Assembly (NCBI RefSeq): GCF_012985275.1
Contig: NZ_JABEKY010000003.1
Direction: 5' to 3' (one strand)
DNA: 64,000 bases
Source: Corallococcus exiguus
Lineage (GTDB): Bacteria; Myxococcota; Myxococcia; Myxococcales; Myxococcaceae
A program made the position numbers and the translations under genes. Positions within the stretch are counted from its first letter, which is position 1, and the number at the start of each line of letters is the position of its first letter. Positions 1 through 9,691 of this stretch are shown one piece after another. The notes beneath the pieces are model-generated. The model made no database searches. It saw only the letters and a program-made list of their open reading frames with translations, and was not told the DNA's origin.

Positions 1-17
1 TCTCTGGGGGGTGAACG

Positions 18-416
18 ATGAAGCGAGGCCATTGGAGAGGTGCCTGGGGGTTGGCTGCCGCGCTGCTCGGGCTTCCGGCGGTGGGGCAGATGGAAGGCCC
101 ACCCGAGGGTGCGTCGCAATACTCCTGCTTCGAAGCGGCGCGCCAGGGCAGCTCGGTGAGTGAGAGCATCGCGGCGCAGCTCTGCCAGGGTGCCCGTTCC
201 GACACCCCGGCACAGTGCTTCCTCCGGGTGAAGGAGAAGGGCTTCCTCGCCGACCCGCAGGCGCTCCAGCTCTGCCAGTACGCCCAGCCCTCGGATGATC
301 CCGCGGCATGCTTCTTCAAGGCGCGGACGTCCTCGTTCCTGGACGAGACCCAGCTCCTGGAGCTCTGCCGCCCGCCCATCGCGCAGATGCTGAAGATGTG
401 TCCCTACGGTCCGTGA
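18..416 (+). CDS. hypothetical secreted protein with three internal Cys-containing repeats (each with a C...QLC-type motif)
   Basis: The N-terminus MKRGHWRGAWGLAAALLGLPAVG looks like a signal peptide. Three repeats of about 35 aa each carry paired Cys (CFEAARQ...QLCQ / CFLRVKE...QLCQ / CFFKART...ELCR). The protein composition is coding-like, and an imperfect hairpin lies at 413-440 after the stop. Confidence 0.4.
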   Translation: MKRGHWRGAWGLAAALLGLPAVGQMEGPPEGASQYSCFEAARQGSSVSESIAAQLCQGARSDTPAQCFLRVKEKGFLADPQALQLCQYAQPSDDPAACFFKARTSSFLDETQLLELCRPPIAQMLKMCPYGP

Positions 417-434
417 GGCTTCACGCCGTGGGGC

Positions 435-3119
435 TCACCGGGCGCGGAGGAACGCCTTGACGCTCGGGGACTGGAGCTTCTGGGACTCGATGCACAGCCG
501 GATGGACTCCAGGGCCCGGGTGAGCGCGCGCGGTCCGCCTTCAATCTTGTCCACGCGGGGCGTGAGGAACGTCTCCACCTGCGCCAGGTGGATGTCATCG
601 CAGAGGCTCCCCGTCTGGCCAATCAGCCGGCCCAGCTCATCCGAACGCAGCCGCTGGGTCAGCGCATCGAAGTGCGTCTGGTAGAAGTTCCACGCCAGCG
701 ACTGCGACTCCGGCGACATCAACGCCATCCGGAGGATGATCTGCGAGTCGCGCACGTCGAAGTCCGGAGACACCACGAGCCCCAACGCCCTCCACAACAG
801 CTCCGGGCTCCGGAAGTAGCCCAGCGACATCAGCAGCCGGGAACGCTCGGTGCGGTCCTGTTCCTTCTTCGCCGCTTCCAGCAGCGCGTCGAACAGCGCC
901 GCATCGCCGTGCGTCGCCGCTCGGGGCAGCGCGGCACTGAACGCCTCCGGGTCCACCGACTTGCGGTCCGCCAGCCATGCGCGCACCAGGGGCAGCGCCT
1001 CCTTCACCAGCCGAGGGTCATCGCCCAGACCACCGGCCAGCCGGAGGAACAGGGAGCGTGAATCCTTCACGGAGTCGTCCTCGCCCGGCTTCGGCACCCA
1101 GCCCATGGCCCGCGCGCGCGCCGAGTAGAGCGAGGCCACCCACGCGCGGAAGCGCTGGCGCTCCTCGGGCGTGAGCTGCTCCAGACGCACGAGCTCCAGC
1201 AGCGAGGCGCCGCTCTGCACCACGAGCCGGTTCGTCGACTTCGCGGAGGCAGGCACCGCCTTCAGCGCCTCCCCCAGCGGCAGGTCGCCCCGGCTCACCG
1301 CCGCATCCACATCCGCCCAGAGCGCCATCTGCTCCGCGGGAGTGAAGGCGGCGGCCGGAGTCGCGAGCAGCTTCGTCAACTGCTCGCGGGTGTAACCGCC
1401 GCGGTAGTAACCCGTGCCGCCCGCGTTGAGCAGCACCCACGCCGGGCACTGCTTCGAGGGCAGCGCGACCTCCGTCGAGGGCCCCTGCACCATCGAGCAC
1501 ACCCGCGACGACTGCGTGCCCGTGCCCACGCGAAGACACACGGGCACCTGCCATTCCTGCCGCGAGTCCGCCTTGGAGCCCACGGGCAGGTACCGCTCCT
1601 GCGACAGCTTCACGGACGGAGCACCGCCCGCCGGGCACGACAGCTGCGCGGTGATCCGAGGCGCCCCGCTCCGCTCGATGAACCCGCCGAAGGATTGCGC
1701 CACCTCCGGCCCCGCCGCCTGGGACAGGTCCGCGAGGAAGTCCTCCATCGTCGCGACCTTCCACGCGTGCTTGCGGACATAGCCCCGGAGGAAGTCGCGG
1801 AAGCGCTCCGGTCCCATCCAGGCCTCGTACATGGCGATGACGGACGAGCCCTTGTCATACGTCGTCCCGTTGTCGAACGAGCCCACGATGTCGTCATTGC
1901 TCTCCACCGGCTTGCGCACGGGCAGCGCCGACGCCAGCTCATCCGACGCCAGGGCGGAGCGGGTCGCGGACATGGCGCGCTCCTGCTGGTAGTCCCAGGA
2001 CGGCTCCAGCCGGTCCACGGTCTGCCGGTCCAACCACGCGGTGAAGGATTCGTTCAGCCAGATGTCATTCCACCAGGAGCAGGTGACGACGTCCCCGAAC
2101 CAGTAGTGGCCCAGCTCATGGTTGGCGATGACCGCGTACGACTTGCGGCGAGCCAGCGTCTCCTCGCCGGGCGGAATGAGCGTGAGCGGCTGTCCGAGCG
2201 CGACGATGCCCGGGTGCTCCATGGTGCCCCAGTACCGGGGCACGACCGCCACATCGAGCTTCTCGTACGGATACGGCTGGTCGAAGAAGTCCTCCAGTCC
2301 CTTCACGATGCGAGGCGTGATGCTCGCGGCGAAGCGAGTCTCCGCACCCCGGCCCTTGGGGACGATGAAGCGCAGCGGCACGTTCGTGCGTCCCACGGTG
2401 CCTGCCTCCACCACGTCGAACGGCCCCACCATGAAGGCCACGAGGTAGCTGGGCATCGGCTTGCTTTCCGCGAAGGTGACGCGCTCCAGGCCGTCCGCCA
2501 GCGGTTCGCGCGACACGACGGGATGGTTGGCCAGCGCCACGTGTCCGGCCTTCACGGTGAAGCGCAGGCGCCACGGCACCTTGAAGGTCGGCTCGTCGAA
2601 GCACGGGAAGGCACGGCGCGCGTCGATGGGCTCGAAGAACGTGTAGAGGTAGGGCTCACCGCCCTCCTCCACCCCGTAGATGCCCTGGCTGCGCTCACGG
2701 TCCACCTTGCCCGTGAAGTCGAGCAGGAGCTGGGCCTTGCCCACCGGCAGTTCCTCCGGCAGCAGCAATCCCAGACGTCCTTCGGGCGCGGTGACAGGCT
2801 TCGCGTCGAACGTGCGGCCCGCCACGGTGACACGCGCCCGCGTCACTTCCACGTCCTGCGCATGCAGCCACACCTGGCGCACGGGCTCGCGGACCTCCAC
2901 GTCGATGGTGACGCTCCCCGGGTACGTGTCCTCCTTGGGCACGAGCTTCAGGTCCAGCGCGTAGTGCACGGGCCGCACGGTGTCCGGCAACCGCAGCACG
3001 GGAGGCAGTGCCTCCGGCCACGAGACGGCGGGCGGCGCGGAAGCAGCCGGTGCGGCCTCCGGCGCGTGGGCACAGCGGACGGTCAACACCACCAGGGCGA
3101 GGAGTGGGAGCAGTCGCAT
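435..3119 (-). CDS. M1-family aminopeptidase N-like zinc metallopeptidase, secreted
   Basis: The gluzincin motif HELGHYWFGD followed by WLNESFTAWL (HEXXH...E) is present, preceded by the exopeptidase GTMEH motif. The protein is 894 aa with an N-terminal signal peptide MRLLPLLALVVLTVRCAHAPEAAPA. Confidence 0.9.
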   Translation of the reverse strand: MRLLPLLALVVLTVRCAHAPEAAPAASAPPAVSWPEALPPVLRLPDTVRPVHYALDLKLVPKEDTYPGSVTIDVEVREPVRQVWLHAQDVEVTRARVTVAGRTFDAKPVTAPEGRLGLLLPEELPVGKAQLLLDFTGKVDRERSQGIYGVEEGGEPYLYTFFEPIDARRAFPCFDEPTFKVPWRLRFTVKAGHVALANHPVVSREPLADGLERVTFAESKPMPSYLVAFMVGPFDVVEAGTVGRTNVPLRFIVPKGRGAETRFAASITPRIVKGLEDFFDQPYPYEKLDVAVVPRYWGTMEHPGIVALGQPLTLIPPGEETLARRKSYAVIANHELGHYWFGDVVTCSWWNDIWLNESFTAWLDRQTVDRLEPSWDYQQERAMSATRSALASDELASALPVRKPVESNDDIVGSFDNGTTYDKGSSVIAMYEAWMGPERFRDFLRGYVRKHAWKVATMEDFLADLSQAAGPEVAQSFGGFIERSGAPRITAQLSCPAGGAPSVKLSQERYLPVGSKADSRQEWQVPVCLRVGTGTQSSRVCSMVQGPSTEVALPSKQCPAWVLLNAGGTGYYRGGYTREQLTKLLATPAAAFTPAEQMALWADVDAAVSRGDLPLGEALKAVPASAKSTNRLVVQSGASLLELVRLEQLTPEERQRFRAWVASLYSARARAMGWVPKPGEDDSVKDSRSLFLRLAGGLGDDPRLVKEALPLVRAWLADRKSVDPEAFSAALPRAATHGDAALFDALLEAAKKEQDRTERSRLLMSLGYFRSPELLWRALGLVVSPDFDVRDSQIILRMALMSPESQSLAWNFYQTHFDALTQRLRSDELGRLIGQTGSLCDDIHLAQVETFLTPRVDKIEGGPRALTRALESIRLCIESQKLQSPSVKAFLRAR

Positions 3120-3610
3120 GGGGGCGCAGCGTAGACCAACGTCCGCCAGCGGTCTTCGCAGCCTGGATGCGGCCGGTGACTACACGACTCCGACGTCGGC
3201 CGGGTCCACCATGATGATGTGTCGAGTCCCTCCGAACAGGGGCACGCCAATGCGGGAAACGTTGAGAACAAGGACGCCGTCGCTCTCGATCTCCTCGATC
3301 GTGAAGACCTGACCGACACATGCCAGGAAGAGGCGCTGAATTCCCTACGAGCCATTCGTTCATGCAAGCACCAGGACATCCAGCCACCAGCCATTCCCAG
3401 GCGTGGGCACACGGATGGTTACGACTTTGTTCCGTCCGTACAGTCAAGACCATCGTGGTCCCACGACGGCGGACACGGATCATGCCTCAGGATGCTGCGT
3501 TTCAGCTCGCGTCCAAAGCCATCCTGGGACGTCTCCAATCCATAGCGCCGCAGACACGACGCGCAGAGCCCCACCCCGCCACGGGGTACTCATAGACCCC
3601 GATCGGGTTT

Positions 3611-3646
3611 AGACAGACACCGCAGAACCCCACAACATGTCTGTCT
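3611..3646. promoter_or_regulatory. inverted repeat AGACAGAC-N20-GTCTGTCT in the divergent promoter region between the aminopeptidase and the Kelch lipoprotein
   Basis: A perfect 8-bp inverted repeat was read directly from the sequence about 55 bp upstream of the proposed lipoprotein start, inside a 580-bp intergenic region of slightly lower GC. Confidence 0.25.
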
Positions 3647-3701
3647 TCATGTGTCCAAACTGATAGATCGCCCTTTCCTCTCACTTCGCCAGGAACGTGC
3701 G

Positions 3702-6044
3702 ATGCGCCGACAAGCCACACCGCCTCGGGTTTTGTTTTACGCACTAATCAGCGCTGTCATTTCTGTCATGGCCTGCGACACGGGGGGCGAGCCGGAGCGG
3801 GAAACCGGCAACGTCCGGTTCGTCAGCGCGGTGCCCCAGGCGCTCGCGGGCGATGAGATCACCCGCGTGACCGTCACGCTGACGGCGTCCGGCGTGCCTT
3901 CCGCCACCACCGTGCTCACGAAGGGCACGGATGGCTGGAGCGGCACCATGTACCAAGTGCCCGCCGGCACCCAGCGCACCTTCACCGCGGAGGCCTTCGC
4001 CGCGGACGGCGCCCTGCGCTACCGGGGCGCGGCCTCGGACGTCACCATCACCGCGGGCACGACCTCCATCGTGGCCATCACCCTCCAGGCGCTGAATGGC
4101 CCGGGCCCGTTCGACAACTCGGCCCCGTGCATCGACTCGCTCGTGGCATCCGCGAGCAGCATCCTCCCCGGGGGCTCCATCTCCCTCCAGGCCACGGCGC
4201 ATGATCCGGATGCGTCCGACTCCATCACGTACGCCTGGACGGCGGCGGATGGCACCTTCGGTTCGCCCACGCTCACGTCCACGACCTGGACGGCGCCCGT
4301 GACCCCGGGCGTCTATGGGCTGACGTTGACGGTCACCGACTCGCGCGGCGCCACGGCGACCATCCGCATCGACATCACCGTCATCTCCAAGGACGGCGGC
4401 ACCACGGCCGGCACCGCGGAGGTGTCCGTCACGTTCAACATCTCCCCCGCCGTCACCCGCGTCACCGCGTCCCGGTCCCCCGTGCCCGTGGGCCAGAGCA
4501 CCACCGTCACCGCGGACGTGACGGATCCGGACGGCGACGCGCTGACCTACCAGTGGGCCGCGTCCTGCGCGGGCACCTGGACCGATGACACCTCCAACGT
4601 CGCCTCCTTCACCCCGACCGCCGTGCCCGCTGGCGACTCGTGCGGCAACTGCGCGCTCACCGTCACCGTGAAGGATCCGAAGGGCGGCCAGACGCAGGGC
4701 ACGCTGCGCATCTGCGTGGGCGACGGCGCGACCACCAACGTTCCCCCGCGCATCGTCCTCGCGCACCAGAGCAGCGCGTCCGTGGTGGGCGACATCACCG
4801 TGACGTTCCGCGTCCTCGCCGAGGACGGCAACGGTGGCGCCCTCACCTTCAACTGGGCCTCGAGCACCGGCACGCTCGCGGCGCCCTCGTCCGGGTTCAC
4901 CTCCAGCGAGACCTCCTGGAAGGCCCCCACCTGCGCGCCCACCGGCGGGAACGCGACCGTCACCGCCACCGTCACCAACGCCCAGGGCTTCTCCGCGTCC
5001 CAGGCCTTCACCGTGGCGGTGCAGAACGCCCCCGCGTGCACGCCGCCCACCACGGTCGCGCGGTGGGACCTCACGGCCAGCATGACGCAGCGCCGCTTCG
5101 GTGCGAGCCTCATCCCCCTGGCCTCCGGGAAGATCCTCGTCTTCGGCGGGACGATTTCCTCCACCGCCCTGGGCACCGCGGAACTCTACGATCCCGCGAC
5201 GGGGACCTGGTCTTCCGCTGGAACGCTGGGCACCGCGCACTACAACCCCGCGGTGACACTGCTGCCCTCTGGCAAGGTCATGGTCACGGGCGGCTTCGTG
5301 GCGTACCCGGCCAGCACCCCGCTGCGCGCCGTGGAGTTCTATGATCCCGCGACAAACACCTGGACGGCTGGCCCGCAGATGGGCTTCGCGCGCGGCGCCC
5401 ATACCTCGACGCTACTGCCCAACGGCAAGGTCCTGGTCATCGGCGGCGTCACCACGGGCGACACCGTCAGCAACCGCTCCATCGAGCTCTACGACCCCGC
5501 CACGAACAGCTGGGTGCCGGTGGCGAGCCCGACCTATGCCCGGTCCAACCACCGCGCGGTCCTGCTGCCGTCGGGCAAGGTGCTCACCGTGGGCGGCAAC
5601 CTGCCGTCGGAGATCTACGATCCGTCCAACAACACCTGGAGCACCGCCACCGGCCTGACGACGCGGACCTTCACCGACGCCTTCCTCCAGCCGTCTGGCA
5701 AGGTCGTCCTGGTGGATGGGACGCTGGTCGCGACGTACGACCCGGTGCTCAACGTCCAGGCCACGCTGGGCAACTTCACCTACGAGCGCGCCAGCTCATC
5801 CCTGGTCCGGCTGAACTCCGGGAAGCTGCTGCTCGCGGGCGGGAACTCCACGGTGGGCCTGACGACGGAGGTCTTCGACCTTTCAACCGGTACCTCCGCG
5901 TTCTCCACCAGCATGGCGTCCAACCGCTACCTGATGGCCACCACCGTGCTTCCCAGCGGCAAGGTGCTCTTCATCAGCGGCTATGACCGGGACGACGGAG
6001 CAACCGTCAGCGCCGTCCTCGTCTACACGCCCGCGAGCCCCTGA
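3702..6044 (+). CDS. probable lipoprotein with PKD/Ig-like repeats and a C-terminal Kelch-type beta-propeller
   Basis: An internal Met gives the signal plus lipobox-like MRRQATPPRVLFYALISAVISVMAC; the track ORF starts at 3651. There are repeated Ig/PKD-like segments (TYAWTAADGTF..., TYQWAASCAGTW..., TFNWASSTGTL...). There are also six or more Kelch-like blades (GKILVFGG...ELYDPATGTWS, GKVMVTGG...EFYDPATNTWT, GKVLVIGG...ELYDPATNSWV, and so on). Confidence 0.75.
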   Translation: MRRQATPPRVLFYALISAVISVMACDTGGEPERETGNVRFVSAVPQALAGDEITRVTVTLTASGVPSATTVLTKGTDGWSGTMYQVPAGTQRTFTAEAFAADGALRYRGAASDVTITAGTTSIVAITLQALNGPGPFDNSAPCIDSLVASASSILPGGSISLQATAHDPDASDSITYAWTAADGTFGSPTLTSTTWTAPVTPGVYGLTLTVTDSRGATATIRIDITVISKDGGTTAGTAEVSVTFNISPAVTRVTASRSPVPVGQSTTVTADVTDPDGDALTYQWAASCAGTWTDDTSNVASFTPTAVPAGDSCGNCALTVTVKDPKGGQTQGTLRICVGDGATTNVPPRIVLAHQSSASVVGDITVTFRVLAEDGNGGALTFNWASSTGTLAAPSSGFTSSETSWKAPTCAPTGGNATVTATVTNAQGFSASQAFTVAVQNAPACTPPTTVARWDLTASMTQRRFGASLIPLASGKILVFGGTISSTALGTAELYDPATGTWSSAGTLGTAHYNPAVTLLPSGKVMVTGGFVAYPASTPLRAVEFYDPATNTWTAGPQMGFARGAHTSTLLPNGKVLVIGGVTTGDTVSNRSIELYDPATNSWVPVASPTYARSNHRAVLLPSGKVLTVGGNLPSEIYDPSNNTWSTATGLTTRTFTDAFLQPSGKVVLVDGTLVATYDPVLNVQATLGNFTYERASSSLVRLNSGKLLLAGGNSTVGLTTEVFDLSTGTSAFSTSMASNRYLMATTVLPSGKVLFISGYDRDDGATVSAVLVYTPASP

Positions 6045-6067
6045 AGTCCATCTGAAACTCAGTTGAG

Positions 6068-6099
6068 GAGCGGTCGGACCCACACGGGTCCGGCCGCTC
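6068..6099 (+). terminator. stem-loop GAGCGGTCGGACCC-ACAC-GGGTCCGGCCGCTC after the Kelch lipoprotein gene
   Basis: A 14-bp stem with one G-T wobble lies 24 bp after the stop. There is no U-tract, which is common in high-GC genomes. Confidence 0.5.
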
Positions 6100-6131
6100 C
6101 GGGCATTGCGGCGCCGCGCGATTGAGCGAGG

Positions 6132-6962
6132 ATGCGGCCCATGTCCAACCTCCAAGGCAAGACCCTCTTCATCACCGGCGCCAGCCGCGGCATCGGCAAG
6201 GCCATCGCGCTGCGCGCGGCCCGCGACGGCGCCAACATCGTCATCGCGGCGAAAACCACGGACCCGCACCCCAAGCTGCCCGGCACCATCTACACGGCGG
6301 CGAAGGAGATTGAAGAGGCCGGCGGCAAGGCGCTCCCCTGCGTGGTCGACATCCGCGACGAGGCGCAGATCCACGCCGCCGTCGCCAAGGCCGTGGAGAC
6401 CTTCGGCGGCATCGACATCCTGGTGAACAACGCCAGCGCCATCAGCCTCACCGGCACGCTGGAGACGCCGCTCAAGCGCTTCGACCTGATGCACGGCATC
6501 AACACGCGCGGCACCTTCGCGTGCTCGCAGGCGTGCATCCCGTACCTCAAGAAGTCCTCCAACCCGCACATCCTCAACAACTCGCCGCCGCTCAACATGG
6601 AGCCGCGCTGGTTCGGCCCCCACGTGGCCTACACCATCGCGAAGTACGGCATGAGCCTGTGCGCCCTGGGCATGGCGGAGGAGCTCAAGGACGACGGCAT
6701 CGCCGTCAACACGCTGTGGCCCCGCACCGTCATCGCCACCGCCGCCGTGCAGAACCTGCTGGGCGGCGACGACACCATCAAGGGCAGCCGCACGCCGGAG
6801 ATCATGGCCGACGCCGCCTACACCATCCTCACCAAGCCCAGCCGCTCCTTCACCGGCAACTTCTGCATCGACGATGAAGTGCTGCGCGCCGCCGGCATCA
6901 CCAACCTGGACAAGTACCAGTCCGTCCCCGGCGCGGAGCTCTTGCCCGACTTCTTCCTCTAG
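6132..6962 (+). CDS. short-chain dehydrogenase/reductase (SDR) family oxidoreductase
   Basis: There is a Rossmann motif TLFITGASRGIGKAIALRAA, the SDR motif NNAS, and the catalytic YTIAKYG (YxxxK). Confidence 0.85.
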   Translation: MRPMSNLQGKTLFITGASRGIGKAIALRAARDGANIVIAAKTTDPHPKLPGTIYTAAKEIEEAGGKALPCVVDIRDEAQIHAAVAKAVETFGGIDILVNNASAISLTGTLETPLKRFDLMHGINTRGTFACSQACIPYLKKSSNPHILNNSPPLNMEPRWFGPHVAYTIAKYGMSLCALGMAEELKDDGIAVNTLWPRTVIATAAVQNLLGGDDTIKGSRTPEIMADAAYTILTKPSRSFTGNFCIDDEVLRAAGITNLDKYQSVPGAELLPDFFL

Positions 6963-6977
6963 CGCGCCTTACGCCCC

Positions 6978-7898
6978 ATGCCCCCGCGCAAGCTCCAGCG
7001 ACACCTGGTCTGGCTCGAGTCCTTCACCGCCGCCGTGGAGGCCGGCAGCATTGACGCCGCCGCGGAGCACCTGGGCGTCGCACGCTCCGTCGTGAGCGAG
7101 CACATCCGCGCGCTGGAGGAAGCGCTCGCGGATGGCGCCGCCCTGCTGGAGCGGGGGCCGGGCCGGCGCCTGCAACTGTCCGCGCGTGGAGAGCGCCTCT
7201 ACGCGGGCACCCAGACGCCGCTGCACCAGCTGGACGTGAAGCGGCTGATGGACCTGGCCCGAGTGGAGCCCACCCTGCGCCTGGGCCTCAACCCCACGCT
7301 GTCCATGTCGCTGCTGGGCGGCATCGCGCAGGATGCCGCCGCCGCCGACCTCAAGCTGGTGGTGGGCTTCGGCGGCTCGCACGAACTCATGCGGCAGGTG
7401 CAGACGCGGCAGCAGGACCTGGCGCTCGACTTCACCCCCCTGCCCCCACACGAGGGCGTGGACACCGAGTCCCTGCTGCGCATGTCCTTCGTCGTCATCG
7501 CGGGTCCCGACTCCGCGCTCGCCCGGGAGCACCCCTCCCGCCGCTCGCTGGACGTGAAGGACCTCCAGGGCCAGCGCTTCGTGGACTGGCTTCGAGACGA
7601 CCCCTACGGCGGCGCCAACAGCGCGCGCTTCGCCGCGCACGGCGTGTCCGTCACCGAGGTCGGCCGCGTGGAGAGCTTCCTCCACCTCTACGAGCTGCTG
7701 CGCGCCTACAAGGCCTGCACCATCGCCCCGGACGTGCGCCCCACCCAGCCGTTCCCTCCCGACCTCCACGTCTGGCCCCTGCGCGAACAGGAGCCCCAGG
7801 TCGTGGAGGTGGTGGCCCTGTGGCCCTCTGGCGGCCTCAGCCCCGCCGTCCAGGCCATCCTCGACGGGGTGCGTCGCCGCCTGAACAAACGACGATAA
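6978..7898 (+). CDS. LysR-family transcriptional regulator
   Basis: An N-terminal wHTH (FTAAVEAGSIDAAAEHLGVARSVVSEHIRALEEAL) is followed by a LysR substrate-binding-domain-like region. The protein is 306 aa. Confidence 0.85.
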   Translation: MPPRKLQRHLVWLESFTAAVEAGSIDAAAEHLGVARSVVSEHIRALEEALADGAALLERGPGRRLQLSARGERLYAGTQTPLHQLDVKRLMDLARVEPTLRLGLNPTLSMSLLGGIAQDAAAADLKLVVGFGGSHELMRQVQTRQQDLALDFTPLPPHEGVDTESLLRMSFVVIAGPDSALAREHPSRRSLDVKDLQGQRFVDWLRDDPYGGANSARFAAHGVSVTEVGRVESFLHLYELLRAYKACTIAPDVRPTQPFPPDLHVWPLREQEPQVVEVVALWPSGGLSPAVQAILDGVRRRLNKRR

Positions 7899-7991
7899 TC
7901 CGACGAAGACGTCGAATTCTGCCGGATTTCCGTCTTGCAGTGAGGTGCGTATTCTTCAGGAGTCCTGCATCTCCTGAAGGAGCCGCTCGCG

Positions 7992-9587
7992 ATGACGCCC
8001 ACGGAACGGACCATTGCCCGCCTTCCCGCCCACCTGCGCCGCTACGTGGTGGGCCAGGACTACGCGGCGTACACGCCCAGGGATCAGGCGGTGTGGCGGC
8101 ACATCCTGGGGCAGTTGCGCGAGCACCTGAGCGACAAGGCGCACCCCGTCTACCTGGAGGGCCTGGAGGCCACGGGCATTGGCGCGGAGGCCATCCCCAG
8201 CCTGGACGAGATGAACGAGAAGCTGTCCCAGCTGGGCTGGGCCTGCGTGGCGGTGCGCGGCTTCATCCCGCCGGCCGTCTTCACGGAGCTGCAGGCGCTG
8301 GGCGTGCTGGCCATCGCGGCGGACATCCGCACGCACGAGCACATCCAGTACACGCCCGCGCCGGACATCGTCCATGAGAGCGCGGGCCACGCGCCCATCA
8401 TCGCGAACGCGCGGTACGCCCAATACCTCAAGGCCGTGGGGCTGGTGGGCTTCAAGGCCATCGCCAGCGTGGAGGACCAGGCCGTCTTCGAGGCCATCCG
8501 CAACCTCTCCGTGGTGAAGGAGGACCCCACCGCGACGGAGGAGGAGATTTCCCACGCCCAGGCCCGCCTGGAGGCCGCCAACGCCAGCCACCGCTACATC
8601 AGCGAGAGCACCCGCGCGAGCCGCCTGTACTGGTGGACCGCGGAGTATGGGCTGATTGGCGACCTGAAGCACCCGCGCATCTACGGCGCGGGCCTGCTGT
8701 CCAGCATTGGCGAGGCCCGGCACTGCCTGACGTCCGCCGTGCACAAGCTGTCCCTGGGCGTGGCGTGCGCGGACACGGACTACGACATCACCCGCATGCA
8801 GCCGCAGCTCTTCGTGGCGCGCGACTTCGAGCACCTCTTCGAGGTCCTGGCCGAGTTCGAGTCCACGCTCGCGTGGAAGCGCGGCGGAGACCTGGGCCTC
8901 AACGAGGCGCTGCGCGCGCGCACGGTCAACCACCTGGTGCTCGCGGACGGCCGCGAGGTGACGGGCAAGGTGGTGGAGCTGCTGCCCGCCGCGAAGGACG
9001 TGGCCCCGGGCCTGTCCACCGCGCTGGCCCGGCTGGAGGGCCCCATCCTCACGTCCATGAACGGGCACGCCGTGGACATGCCGTTCAGCGGCGCGGCGCT
9101 GGTCGCCTTTGGCCAGGGCACCCTGCCGGAGCGCGGGAGCTTCACGCTCACGCTCGACAGCGGGCTGGTGCTGGAGGGCTTCGCGGTGGGCGGCGGAGAA
9201 GTGATTGCCCTGCGCGGCACGCTGGCCGGCCAGGAGCTGACGCTGCCGTCCATGGCGCGCCTGTACCTGACGGAGCGGCTGCCGTCCGTGGCGGGCGGCC
9301 CCGCCGACCCGGGCACGTGGGACGAGTGGTTCGGGGAGATGGACGCCTTCACCGCGGGCGACGGCGAGGCCCAGGCGCGCGAGCGCAAGGCGCAGGCCCT
9401 GCCCCCGTCGCTGGCCGCCCTCTACACGGAGGTGCGCCGCATCCGCGAGACGGGGCAGCTGGCCGCCGAGCGGCTGGAGCAGATCGCCCGCGCGTCCACG
9501 GACTTCCCCACCGACTGGCTCCTGCGCGCCGAGGTCGCGGAGCTGCGCGGCGAGGTGCCCGCGCGGCGCGAGGCGGCGCAGGCGTAG
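7992..9587 (+). CDS. phhA: phenylalanine-4-hydroxylase-like aromatic amino acid hydroxylase with a C-terminal extension of about 230 aa
   Basis: The iron-binding motif of pterin-dependent hydroxylases is present as PDIVHESAGHAPII, the PDxxHExxGHxP pattern. Upstream context (EHIQYTPAPD) and downstream context (RLYWWTAEYGLIGD) also fit. At 531 aa it is much longer than typical bacterial PhhA of about 270-300 aa. Confidence 0.8.
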   Translation: MTPTERTIARLPAHLRRYVVGQDYAAYTPRDQAVWRHILGQLREHLSDKAHPVYLEGLEATGIGAEAIPSLDEMNEKLSQLGWACVAVRGFIPPAVFTELQALGVLAIAADIRTHEHIQYTPAPDIVHESAGHAPIIANARYAQYLKAVGLVGFKAIASVEDQAVFEAIRNLSVVKEDPTATEEEISHAQARLEAANASHRYISESTRASRLYWWTAEYGLIGDLKHPRIYGAGLLSSIGEARHCLTSAVHKLSLGVACADTDYDITRMQPQLFVARDFEHLFEVLAEFESTLAWKRGGDLGLNEALRARTVNHLVLADGREVTGKVVELLPAAKDVAPGLSTALARLEGPILTSMNGHAVDMPFSGAALVAFGQGTLPERGSFTLTLDSGLVLEGFAVGGGEVIALRGTLAGQELTLPSMARLYLTERLPSVAGGPADPGTWDEWFGEMDAFTAGDGEAQARERKAQALPPSLAALYTEVRRIRETGQLAAERLEQIARASTDFPTDWLLRAEVAELRGEVPARREAAQA

Positions 9588-9626
9588 GGCCCGGTGCTTC
9601 GAATCACAGACGGATGACGCGCAAAC

Positions 9627-9660
9627 GGCCCGGTCGACCTCTTCACGAGGTCGCCGGGCC
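9627..9660. terminator. bidirectional hairpin GGCCCGGTCGACCTC-TTCAC-GAGGTCGCCGGGCC between the convergent phhA-like and LysM-hydrolase genes
   Basis: A near-perfect 14/15-bp inverted repeat lies in the 104-bp convergent intergenic region, flanked by CGAATCAC on both sides. Confidence 0.55.
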
Positions 9661-9691
9661 GAATCACTTCCAGGGGCTTTCGCCGCCGGGA

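Noticed and set aside
1695-3134. 479-aa plus-strand ORF inside the aminopeptidase N gene
   Set aside because: It is antisense to a gene with unambiguous M1 peptidase motifs, and its product is R/H/L/G-rich.
3744-5402. 552-aa minus-strand ORF opposite the PKD/Kelch lipoprotein gene
   Set aside because: It is antisense with Gly/Arg-rich low-complexity translation. The plus strand has clear Kelch blades.
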